The notes under the pieces are model-generated. The model did not search any database and was not told the origin of the DNA. It saw only the letters and a list, made by a program, of their open reading frames with translations. Position numbers and translations under genes: made by a program. A stretch of 64,000 nucleotides of DNA from Clostridia bacterium (GTDB lineage Bacteria > Bacillota > Clostridia > Oscillospirales > CAG-272): positions 157,190-221,189 of the forward strand of contig JAFTPV010000003.1 in assembly GCA_017463125.1 (NCBI GenBank). The letters run 5' to 3'. Of the stretch, positions 27,671 through 36,314 are shown one piece after another (the first letter of the stretch is position 1; each line of letters begins with the position of its first letter).

Positions 27671-28534
27671 TCAATGTTTCGGCAGCTCTATCCAGTCGCC
27701 AAACGTTTTATCCCATTCTTCAGGCTCAAACGGTACCATTCCGCTCCAATGCGAAAATGTCAATTCTCCAAAGTATATCTTTCCATCCACCTCGTAAAAA
27801 TCCACTCTCAAATGAGGAATGCCCTCCGAGAGCTTTTCCGCAAGCTTTTTCATTTTTTCAAAGTTTTCCGGCTTTTCGGGGGGGACTTCCGCGTTTGGAT
27901 GTCCGTTGCGTACGGGCAGGTGGTTGTACTCCGCATCAAAAAAGTCAAATTTTGTTTCCTCGTTTTCCTTTTGTCTTTCCGATGCGATAAAAAGCGCTTT
28001 TACTTTTCCATTAAACGCGAAAAACTTATAATCGCGCAATTCTTCGGTCTTGGAGTCCTCCATATATTCCTCCGCCAGCACGCGAGGCTTGACGTTCTTA
28101 TACGGCCATTCTCTTCCGGCATAATAGAAATTTCTTTTAAGGCATTTTTCGATTTTCTCTTTTGCTGCTGCCTTGTCGAGGTTGTTTTTGTCTTTGACAA
28201 TTACAAGTCCACCGCTGTCATGTGTGCATTTAAGAACAAATCTATCCGGAAGTTTGTCAAAATCAATATCATCAAAATGATCCCATACACCGAGTGTTTT
28301 TATTATGTACTCTTCACCAATGCGTTCTGCAACGTACCTCTTTGCTTCATATTTATCTACCATTTCCGTGTATATCGGTTTGCGATCGTGAAGCTTGAGC
28401 CACTGGAGCTTTTCGTTATACGTTACAGGGTTTTTGAGATTCAGCTTTTTCTTCATAGCAACCCTGTACTTCAGTTTAAGAAACGGAACGTCGGGCAAAA
28501 ATTTCAGATTGTCCGCACTTATTATTTTTCCCAT
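27671..28534 (-). CDS. TupA-like ATP-grasp amidoligase (paralogue 2)
   Basis: LKNPVTYNEKLQWLKLHDRKPIYTEMVDKYEAKRYV...FVLKCTHDSGGLVIVKDK...REWPYKNVKPRVLAEEYMED...LRDYKFFAFNG...LRVDFYEVDGKIYFGELTFSHWSG. The ATG at 28534 has a GGAGA RBS. Confidence 0.7.
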   Translation of the reverse strand: MGKIISADNLKFLPDVPFLKLKYRVAMKKKLNLKNPVTYNEKLQWLKLHDRKPIYTEMVDKYEAKRYVAERIGEEYIIKTLGVWDHFDDIDFDKLPDRFVLKCTHDSGGLVIVKDKNNLDKAAAKEKIEKCLKRNFYYAGREWPYKNVKPRVLAEEYMEDSKTEELRDYKFFAFNGKVKALFIASERQKENEETKFDFFDAEYNHLPVRNGHPNAEVPPEKPENFEKMKKLAEKLSEGIPHLRVDFYEVDGKIYFGELTFSHWSGMVPFEPEEWDKTFGDWIELPKH

Positions 28535-28550
28535 ATCAATCTCCAAAAAA

Positions 28551-28745
28551 TTATTTCAGGGCATCCAAAAATTCCTTCATGGTGTCCTTGTATAATCTAT
28601 AATCAAAATTTTCTTCCGCAGTCTTATACGCGGCTTTTCTCATCTCGGGATTCTTGTCGAGCATTTCCCATGCGCGGATAAGCGCATCGCGGCACGTTTC
28701 TATTTATTCGTACGCAAAACTTTCTTCTGCGCAGTACTTGGAGTC
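28551..28745 (-). pseudogene. 3'-terminal remnant of a GT4 glycosyltransferase gene (copy of the 3' end of 29474-30637)
   Basis: The remnant translates to ...IETCRDALIRAWEMLDKNPEMRKAAYKTAEENFDYRLYKDTMKEFLDALK*. The intact gene reads VEACRDALIRAWEMLDKNPKMRKSAYETAVQNFDYRLYSDAMGRFLSKI*. They share a 40-bp identical DNA core, and the remnant has an in-frame stop upstream and no N-terminus. Confidence 0.75.
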
Positions 28746-28752
28746 GTTTTTC

Positions 28753-29346
28753 TTAACCTGTGCCGTTTTTCCTATTCTTGTTCCACTCCAGGCTTCCGTT
28801 GCGACTTATAATCTTTGCGGGAACTCCTGCTATTGCAACGTTTTCTTCCAAGCAGTCTTTATTAACAACAGCATTAGCTCCAATGGCCACATAATTAGCA
28901 ATTTTCACACTTCCCAAAACGCACGCTCCATATCCCACGATAACTCTATCGCCCAAAGTCGGAACACCATCGTTAGTTCCTCCCGCAACCAATGCGCTGT
29001 TCATGTGGAAACTGCAATCTCTCCCCACCGTCGAACGATTGTTAATCAGAACGGGGCCTAAATGAACTATTTTCAAGCCCTTGCCACAACAATTCAGCGG
29101 AACGTGTAGTTCATATTTAGTTTGCAGCCTTGTCAATTTAAACTTGGATATGATAAATCTCAGTTTTTTGTTTGTGTTCAGATAGTACTCAGTCTTTCTC
29201 AACAGTTTTTGATGTTTTAAAAGAACCGCGGTCTCGCCAATAGTTAAAAATCGTTTAACAAATCCGCATGGGTATTTTGCCCTTTCATATTTTAACCATT
29301 CCTGTAGCTCTTGCCGATTTGTTATTCTATCTTCTTGATTTAACAT
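28753..29346 (-). CDS. Serine-acetyltransferase-like hexapeptide O-acetyltransferase
   Basis: C-terminal LbH repeats (GDRVIVGYGACVLGSVKIANYVAIGANAVVNKD...IAGVPAKII) and an N-terminal helical domain typical of EPS O-acetyltransferases. The ATG is at 29346; an alternative GTG lies at 29379. Confidence 0.75.
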   Translation of the reverse strand: MLNQEDRITNRQELQEWLKYERAKYPCGFVKRFLTIGETAVLLKHQKLLRKTEYYLNTNKKLRFIISKFKLTRLQTKYELHVPLNCCGKGLKIVHLGPVLINNRSTVGRDCSFHMNSALVAGGTNDGVPTLGDRVIVGYGACVLGSVKIANYVAIGANAVVNKDCLEENVAIAGVPAKIISRNGSLEWNKNRKNGTG

Positions 29347-29473
29347 GTTTTCCCTCGCATTTTTTACCTTTATTATCACAATATCGATAACATCAACTGT
29401 TTCTCTACTTCGTGATTAAAAACGGAATATCCAAAATTCAAATCATGCAAAAGTCATACGCTTATCGGGTGCG

Positions 29474-30637
29474 TCATATTTTTGATAGAAATCGCCCCAT
29501 TGCATCACTATATAGCCTATAATCAAAGTTCTGCACAGCAGTTTCATATGCAGATTTTCTCATCTTGGGATTCTTATCGAGCATTTCCCATGCGCGGATA
29601 AGCGCATCGCGGCACGCTTCTACCGATTCGTCGGCAACAACTATTCCATTTTCTCCATCCTTGAGATACGTTCCTATGTCGCCCGTAATATTCGCAATAA
29701 AAGGGATCCCCGCCGCAAAGCTCTCTACCATTTTTGTTGAAAATCCGGCATTTGCTCTGCGTGTCGGCTTTCGGATAAGTACCGTGAAATGACACTCGTT
29801 GAGTTTTGCGGGTATTTCATCCTGCTTCTGTCTGCCGTGACACACTACGTAGTTTGGAACTTCATCAATTCCTTGTGTCTTCAAATATGAGAGCAAGCCC
29901 TTTTCATCGGGTCCGTATACGTGAAGCTCGGTCTTCGCTTTAAGCTCCTCCGGCATCTCTCCTATCGCTCGCACAACAGTACCAAGCTCGTCCTTGCCCA
30001 CACCAGGAACACCTGCGTAGGCAATTTTCAATTTGTTTGGCTCATCAACGTCTTTTTTTACGTTCCACTTCTCATCGGTAAGATCGACAATGTTAGGGAT
30101 CATGACGGCGTGTGTGCCCTGCTCCTTAAAATAATCTGTCAATAGCGAACTTATGAGTATTCCTGCATCTGCGTTTTTTGCAACGTACGGAATCAAACCA
30201 ACAGTTCCCTTGACGTGTCTTTTAGAGACGGTAGCGGAAAAGCACTCTTCTGTATACCATTCGCAATTGAATCCGCCAAATTTTATGCTTCTGCGATGAC
30301 AGTATTTTCTTACCGCCTTTGCAGTTGACTCAATTCCGCCATACAAAAACACTACTTCGGGTTTTTCAAGCTTTCGCAAGATATGCTTGGCATACACCTC
30401 AAAATGCAGGTTATACACGTACATTACCAGCTTGTTGTGTGCAGTAGCGTCAAAATTGACGTATTTTATTCCTTCATATTCCCCGTTCAGAGGATATTCT
30501 GTTTTAATCGTACGTCTGCAGCCAACAACCGTAACGTTATGTCCGCACGCAACCATCGTCCTGCATACGTTCAATATATAAGTTGATGATGCGTTTCCGT
30601 CCGGGAACGGCGCTGTGCTCAATATGAGTATATTCAT
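29474..30637 (-). CDS. GT4-family glycosyltransferase
   Basis: MNILILSTAPFPDGNASS... The C-terminal region has FSTKMVESFAAGIPFIA (E-x7-E-like). The start at 30637 overlaps the upstream stop. Confidence 0.85.
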   Translation of the reverse strand: MNILILSTAPFPDGNASSTYILNVCRTMVACGHNVTVVGCRRTIKTEYPLNGEYEGIKYVNFDATAHNKLVMYVYNLHFEVYAKHILRKLEKPEVVFLYGGIESTAKAVRKYCHRRSIKFGGFNCEWYTEECFSATVSKRHVKGTVGLIPYVAKNADAGILISSLLTDYFKEQGTHAVMIPNIVDLTDEKWNVKKDVDEPNKLKIAYAGVPGVGKDELGTVVRAIGEMPEELKAKTELHVYGPDEKGLLSYLKTQGIDEVPNYVVCHGRQKQDEIPAKLNECHFTVLIRKPTRRANAGFSTKMVESFAAGIPFIANITGDIGTYLKDGENGIVVADESVEACRDALIRAWEMLDKNPKMRKSAYETAVQNFDYRLYSDAMGRFLSKI

Positions 30638-31728
30638 TTCTTCTTGCTTCCTTTTTTTCGGATAGCCTCGCGTATGCACTCATCCCAGATTGCTTTTACC
30701 TTGGGAATTGAATATACCTCGCATACCTCTTTGGCATTTTTCGAGATTTTCTCGTATTTCTCGCGGTCAGCACAAAGATTCAAAGCCTCTTTTACAAATG
30801 CATCTTTGTCGTTGAGCGGAACCACAATTCCGCGTCTACCGTAATCAGCAAGCACATCCACACCGCCGTTACAGCGGAATGATACGCTGGGCAGTCCCAC
30901 GGCCATCGCTTCGCTCAGTGCATTTGGAAATCCTTCGTTCTTTGATGACATAAGATAAATATCGGATTCGCAAAGCACCCCATAAGTGTCAGTAGTATAT
31001 CCCGCAAGCATCGCCGTACCTTCAAGCCCGAGGTCCTTGATCTGCTGCTCCAATCTTTCCTTGTGAGGTCCGTGACCGTATATCTTAAGATCGGTTTTGG
31101 GGTTAGCTTTATGTATTTCCGCAAACATATCAAGCAACACGTCAAATTGTTTTGAATCATTTAGCCTGCCGCAAGAAACGAACCGTGTAATCTCACCCTT
31201 TTGGCTGATGTCCTTTACCTTGTCGGGTGTGGCTATATAGTTTGGAGTAACTCTACATTTGTCAATATATCTTCCGTTGCACAGCTTTCTGAATTCATCG
31301 AACTGTACGGTTAAAAGGTCCGCCCTATCATATGCTTTCCGAAGCAAATAATTCCACGGGAACTTCCACGTTGCAACCAAGGGGTTGATTCTTTCGCACG
31401 CAATGATAGGAACAGTGCTTTTTAATTGCCCTAAACACAGCATTATGCTGTTCTGAGTTATAAATGAGATTACTATATCCGGCTTTTCTTCTTTTACACG
31501 CTTTCTTACCCATTTAACTTGGAAAGGAAACACACGAAATCCTGTTGGCTTGTCATTTGCATCGAGCTCTATAAACTTTACACCCGGGCACTCATATCTT
31601 TTTTCAATGGTCTTATGCGTTAACAAGACCGAAACGTCCTCGGTCTTTGCATATTCGGTAGCAAGCAACTGTATAATATTACCCGCTCCACCCATGTAAT
31701 TATCAACTACAAACAGTATTTTCATCAT
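30634..31728 (-). CDS. GT4-family glycosyltransferase
   Basis: MKILFVVDNYMGGAGN... with SKNEGFPNALSEAMAVGLPSV (E-x7-E). The start is M18 or M19 of the ORF-track protein and overlaps the wzy 3' end. Confidence 0.85.
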   Translation of the reverse strand: MMKILFVVDNYMGGAGNIIQLLATEYAKTEDVSVLLTHKTIEKRYECPGVKFIELDANDKPTGFRVFPFQVKWVRKRVKEEKPDIVISFITQNSIMLCLGQLKSTVPIIACERINPLVATWKFPWNYLLRKAYDRADLLTVQFDEFRKLCNGRYIDKCRVTPNYIATPDKVKDISQKGEITRFVSCGRLNDSKQFDVLLDMFAEIHKANPKTDLKIYGHGPHKERLEQQIKDLGLEGTAMLAGYTTDTYGVLCESDIYLMSSKNEGFPNALSEAMAVGLPSVSFRCNGGVDVLADYGRRGIVVPLNDKDAFVKEALNLCADREKYEKISKNAKEVCEVYSIPKVKAIWDECIREAIRKKGSKKK

Positions 31729-32974
31729 CTGCACCACACAAACAGGCCGTTTTTGCTGTATGATAAATGTGTCCAACAAAAAATGGCATAATAAACGATT
31801 TCACATCCAACGTAATACGGTTAAAGACTGACAAACCATTGACCGAGAATATCCATAAAATGATAAGGCAAGCGGAAAAAACAGCTAAATGCATGTATTT
31901 TTTTGAAGAAAAACATTTGAAAATAGTTTTTACATACGGCCAGAAATAAAGGCATGCAAAAATTACTCCATAGTGGAAAGAAAGGTAAACGAACTCATTA
32001 TCAATAAAAGAGTACTCACCGTATAAAGCAGACTGGTACGTTGCATCAGTACCCTGACCCAATATCCAAAGATACCACTCTGTTTGCTGAAAAATTTCCA
32101 CATACTGAAAGCTTCGAGAATCGGTTGTTCCTTTATCAACAATGGAAGCAACAAACTCTCCGAAATAAGAAGACAAAATCCAGAAAACACCAATAGCAAA
32201 AACAAGCAAAAAAGCTAACACTTTCACTGCTCCTGCTACTGAGCGTTTTTTCAAAAACGAAATAGCAACACTAACGACCACAAGCATCAACACAGATTGT
32301 ATAATCCACGCGCGTGATCTAATTATAAACGCACCCAAAACCAAAAAAATTAAAAGAAAGTATATAATAGGAGTTGGCTTTTTCTTATCAATCTTATGAT
32401 AGATATAAAAGATTGACATACAAAATATGTGACTATAATAATTCATCAATGACGAATTTTGATATATAACCCAGCCAAACTTACCAAAACTCATTATGAA
32501 CTCATAAGCAAACATCACAATATAGATAACTAAGAAGCATGGGACACATTTTTTCACCCCATCCCATATCATCTTTGTTCTGCCTAACCAAAATCCTACT
32601 ATAAGCAAATACATTATCGCTATATTGCTGGAATATAAACTACTGATAATACCGTCATCCATCACGTCCACAACGGTATACAATACACAAAACGTCGATA
32701 TAAGAATTAAGCCAACGGCTTCGGAACTTGTGATTTTGGCAACAGAAAAAAAGGCAAGCAAAAGCAAAACAAATGCACCATATTTCAAGCACAACATCAT
32801 GCTGTTAATTCTTGCCATTTGAGATGCTAAAGCAACATTGGTCCATTGGTTTCGTGTTATCTCCCACTCGGCTCCAACATAACTGTATACCTGCACAAAA
32901 AGCAGCATAATTAATGCCAACTGCACAATGTGCGCTACATTAATTCCTTTATTTTGGTTTCGTAATCTTCCCAC
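31703..32974 (-). CDS. wzy: Wzy-type O-antigen/capsule repeat-unit polymerase (O-antigen ligase-like membrane protein)
   Basis: 423 aa, at least 10 TM segments, with a large loop near the C-terminal third. GTG start with a GAGGTG RBS. It is the only such protein in the locus. Confidence 0.65.
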   Translation of the reverse strand: MGRLRNQNKGINVAHIVQLALIMLLFVQVYSYVGAEWEITRNQWTNVALASQMARINSMMLCLKYGAFVLLLLAFFSVAKITSSEAVGLILISTFCVLYTVVDVMDDGIISSLYSSNIAIMYLLIVGFWLGRTKMIWDGVKKCVPCFLVIYIVMFAYEFIMSFGKFGWVIYQNSSLMNYYSHIFCMSIFYIYHKIDKKKPTPIIYFLLIFLVLGAFIIRSRAWIIQSVLMLVVVSVAISFLKKRSVAGAVKVLAFLLVFAIGVFWILSSYFGEFVASIVDKGTTDSRSFQYVEIFQQTEWYLWILGQGTDATYQSALYGEYSFIDNEFVYLSFHYGVIFACLYFWPYVKTIFKCFSSKKYMHLAVFSACLIILWIFSVNGLSVFNRITLDVKSFIMPFFVGHIYHTAKTACLCGADDENTVCS

Positions 32975-33016
32975 AAAAACACCTCATTTAGTGAAAATAT
33001 GCCTCGCAAAAATCTG

Positions 33017-34066
33017 TTAATCTATAAATTCGTAAAATTTAGAAAGAACCTTATCAGGTTTATATTCATTCGCCTCTTTAATATTATTCAATGCAATTTC
33101 ATATGCGTATTCTCTATTGGAATAAAACTTGAGAATTGCATCTCTTATTGCATCAGCACTCTTTATCGGCACAAGAATACCGTTTTTACCATCAGCGATA
33201 ACATCGCCGTTATAATTCCAATCGGTTGCTACTATAGGCAAGCCGGCATTATAAGCATCCACCACACACCCAGGAAAACCCTCGCCGTAATAATAGGTTG
33301 GAAATAGCATAAGAAAATATGTTTTCAAAACATCAGCGGTTTTGTCAAAATCGATAATACCGCCATAAGTAACACAATCTTTATTTGCTTCAATAATGCC
33401 CTCAAAATCCTTGCGGTAAGATTCTGGAATCATACCGAACACATCAAGCTTTATATGTAATCCACCCAAAGATTCGTTTGCCGCTCTTACACCTTCAACT
33501 GCATAAGAAACTCCCTTATCCTCGGTAATACGCGACATAAGACACACCCTTACATTTTCATCTCGATTGATACAAACGTCCTCGTATTTTACCGTATTCA
33601 AGCGTTTTAGGTTAGACAATATATATACGTTCTTAAGTCCGAATTTTTCCAGATCCTTTTGAATGTTAGGTGTTTGTACGAAGAGGGCTTTGTATTTCTT
33701 TAACATATTTAAGTACGTAGGTTTTCTTTCAAGCAATGCAGGAAGATAACCGCCTATAACCACATCGTACATTTCTCTGCGATAAAAGAAATTTGCTATA
33801 TTAAATATCGGCACTCCGACCTTAAAGCCGTTATCTGCAGGTAAAATGACTATCTTATTGCACTTGGCATTTAGGCGAATGGTTTTCCAGAAAAAACGAA
33901 ATGGATGTTTTTTCCAATTATTAGTGTTAACAACCAATATATTATCTTCTCCATAGCGATTTTTCATTTCTTCAGTAATAATGGTTGTTCTAACAGCCTG
34001 CCCATCAGCAATTTTATCTATTCCGTTGCCAAACTGGCCCCATATCCCGATTTTGTACTTTTTCAT
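33017..34066 (-). CDS. GT4-family glycosyltransferase
   Basis: YGEGFPGCVVDAYNAGLPIVATDWNYNGDVIADGKNGILV is the GT4 E-x7-E region; 349 aa. Confidence 0.8.
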   Translation of the reverse strand: MKKYKIGIWGQFGNGIDKIADGQAVRTTIITEEMKNRYGEDNILVVNTNNWKKHPFRFFWKTIRLNAKCNKIVILPADNGFKVGVPIFNIANFFYRREMYDVVIGGYLPALLERKPTYLNMLKKYKALFVQTPNIQKDLEKFGLKNVYILSNLKRLNTVKYEDVCINRDENVRVCLMSRITEDKGVSYAVEGVRAANESLGGLHIKLDVFGMIPESYRKDFEGIIEANKDCVTYGGIIDFDKTADVLKTYFLMLFPTYYYGEGFPGCVVDAYNAGLPIVATDWNYNGDVIADGKNGILVPIKSADAIRDAILKFYSNREYAYEIALNNIKEANEYKPDKVLSKFYEFID

Positions 34067-34100
34067 ATAAAACCTTTTCGTTAGCTTTGTGGTATTTGAA

Positions 34101-35318
34101 TTAGCGCTTTTGTGTAACCAGCGAAATTATAAGATCCGCAAATTCTGCTGTGTTCTTTTTTCTAGAATAGTTCTCATATGCGTACTTGCACGCATTTTCG
34201 CCTATAACCCTTCGACGTTCGCTGTCTGAATAAAGAGAAAGTATTCTATCCGCAACAGACTGTGCATCGTGATCTGTTACATTCTCGCCCATATCATATT
34301 TCTCAAAAGTTTCTGTGTATTCTGATTTTTCAACCGAATTAAGTATAACGCGCCTTGCGGCCATTAACTGACAAGCCTTGCTCGGTATACCATTACCTAT
34401 GACTCCCGGTTTCAATGGGATTATACCGATATCACAGGCACTATAAACATGTGCAATTATTTCAAGCGGTTGCCACGGATATCTAAGAATATTCTTTATT
34501 CCTCTTCTTTCGATCTCCTCGTCAATCAGTGCCCTTTGGTTTCCATCACCTATTAGCTGGAATACTATATCGGAATGATCCGCAAGCTTCTCTGCCACGT
34601 CAAGGTACATTTTGTAATCGAATACATACCCCAAAAGTCCGGCAAACTGAACATAGAACTTGTTCGGATCAAGCTTGTATTTTTCAAAAAACTTATTATC
34701 TTCTCGCGCAATCGGATCGAATATATCATCATCAAACCAATTGCGAATAACCCTGACCTTTTCATCAGGAACTTTTTCTTCAAGAAGTTGCTTCTTCATA
34801 TCCTCAGACATAGCAACTATGTACTTGCACTTTTTATATAAAACCTTTTGTATCAATCTAAAGGCTTGGTATATAAATTTGTTTTTTATAACTCCAATAG
34901 ACATAGCATGTCCCGGAAAAACATCGTACAAATTCAATATTATGGGAACATGAAGACTCCCTAGTAAAACTGCGTTAAATACAGAGTTGGGGTTAGACTG
35001 CAAAACAACCGCATCATACTCGCCTTTATGCTTTTTCCACACTTTTTTGGCCGTAAATGCATACTTAACTTCATCCAAATATCGTTTAACAAAGTTGTTC
35101 CTGTCAATATTGTCACGATGTATAACATCATACGCGAATCCAACGGCTTCATATTTTAGCAAAGATTCGGGTATATCAGAATAGGTGCCTGTTTTGTGAC
35201 TCGTTATAGAATGAACCTCTATACCTTTTTTCAAAAAATCCTCTAGAAGAGTTTCTGCAAGATGGTTTGTTGAATTAGGAGTATCAAATCCTTCAGAGGT
35301 CAAAAATAATATCTTCAC
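34101..35318 (-). CDS. GT4-family glycosyltransferase (WcaI-like)
   Basis: (GTG)KILFLTSEGFDTPNSTNHL... with a C-terminal GT-B domain; 405 aa. Confidence 0.8.
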   Translation of the reverse strand: MKILFLTSEGFDTPNSTNHLAETLLEDFLKKGIEVHSITSHKTGTYSDIPESLLKYEAVGFAYDVIHRDNIDRNNFVKRYLDEVKYAFTAKKVWKKHKGEYDAVVLQSNPNSVFNAVLLGSLHVPIILNLYDVFPGHAMSIGVIKNKFIYQAFRLIQKVLYKKCKYIVAMSEDMKKQLLEEKVPDEKVRVIRNWFDDDIFDPIAREDNKFFEKYKLDPNKFYVQFAGLLGYVFDYKMYLDVAEKLADHSDIVFQLIGDGNQRALIDEEIERRGIKNILRYPWQPLEIIAHVYSACDIGIIPLKPGVIGNGIPSKACQLMAARRVILNSVEKSEYTETFEKYDMGENVTDHDAQSVADRILSLYSDSERRRVIGENACKYAYENYSRKKNTAEFADLIISLVTQKR

Positions 35319-35347
35319 AGTATTTCCTTTCCAAAAAAATTTATAGC

Positions 35348-36079
35348 TTACTTCGCTCCTTTGTGGCTGAAGACCACGCCGACGGTCTTGAATAGAATTT
35401 TTATTTCAAGCCAAATGGAGCGTTTTTCTATGTATTCGATGTCATAGACGACCTTTTCTTCCGGTCGGAGGTTGTAGCCGCCGCTGACTTGGGCAAGTCC
35501 CGTTATGCCGGGCTTTACTTTAAGGCGCTGACTGAAGCCATGTACGTGCTCCTCAAACGCGTCGTAAAATTCAGGGCGCTCGGGGCGCGGACCAATAAGA
35601 GAAAGCTCGCCTTTTAGGCATGCCCAGAGCTGTGGAAGCTCGTCCATCCTAGTTTTCCTAAGGAAGCGGCCGATTTTGGTAATACGGTTATCATTATCTC
35701 CGTCCGACCACTTGGCGCCGTCCTTTTCAGCATCGGCTACCATAGAGCGAAATTTCACAAGAGTAAAGGGCTTTCCGTTAAGTCCCAGTCGCTCCTGACG
35801 ATAAAAAACACCGCCTTTTGACGAACACTTTATGGCTATGGCTATAACAAGCATTGGAATTGCAAGAATGACGAGAGCAAACAGAGAAAACAAAATATCA
35901 AACACTCTTTTAACAAAAGAATAGAGCGTTTTTTTTTCAACCTCCCCTATGTCTTTGATAAAATAATGCTCATCGGGGGCATATGCAAAGGGTAATATAA
36001 TTTTTGAAGCAGTATTTACCTGCGTTTCGAGCAAGCTCTCTATAACCGTAGCTTCGCGCTCCTCCAAAAGTTGCGGCAT
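35348..36079 (-). CDS. Undecaprenyl-phosphate sugar phosphotransferase (small monotopic PGT, priming enzyme)
   Basis: KRVFDILFSLFALVILAIPMLVIAIAI..., FRKTRMDELPQLWACLKGELSLIGPRPERPEF and PGITGLAQV are bacterial sugar-transferase hallmarks. It is the first gene after the promoter. Confidence 0.9.
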   Translation of the reverse strand: MPQLLEEREATVIESLLETQVNTASKIILPFAYAPDEHYFIKDIGEVEKKTLYSFVKRVFDILFSLFALVILAIPMLVIAIAIKCSSKGGVFYRQERLGLNGKPFTLVKFRSMVADAEKDGAKWSDGDNDNRITKIGRFLRKTRMDELPQLWACLKGELSLIGPRPERPEFYDAFEEHVHGFSQRLKVKPGITGLAQVSGGYNLRPEEKVVYDIEYIEKRSIWLEIKILFKTVGVVFSHKGAK

Positions 36080-36146
36080 ATTAGATATTCTCCTTATATC
36101 GTATATTCGTTAATTACTTGTTGCCTAACGGCGACGTTATTTATAT

Positions 36147-36175
36147 ATTATAGCATACGCGCGTGAGGATTTCAA
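36147..36175 (-). promoter_or_regulatory. Sigma-A promoter of the polysaccharide operon
   Basis: Minus strand: TTGAAA, 17 nt, TATAAT (plus-strand attata 36147-36152, tttcaa 36170-36175), about 65 nt upstream of the PGT ATG. Confidence 0.65.
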
Positions 36176-36263
36176 GGACTTTGTGTGTATAAAACAAGAT
36201 TTCAGCATTATTCTTGAATATTGAGGTTTTTTTTGTGCGTGTTGTACAAAAAAATTATGCAGA

Positions 36264-36295
36264 AAGCCGTGTGTCAGCTTTGTGGCACACGGCTT
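36264..36295 (-). terminator. Intrinsic terminator after the DUF4349 gene, insulating the polysaccharide operon
   Basis: aagccgtgtg / cacacggctt stem with U-rich flanks. Confidence 0.6.
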
Positions 36296-36314
36296 TTTGG
36301 GGTGGTTGCTTGCT

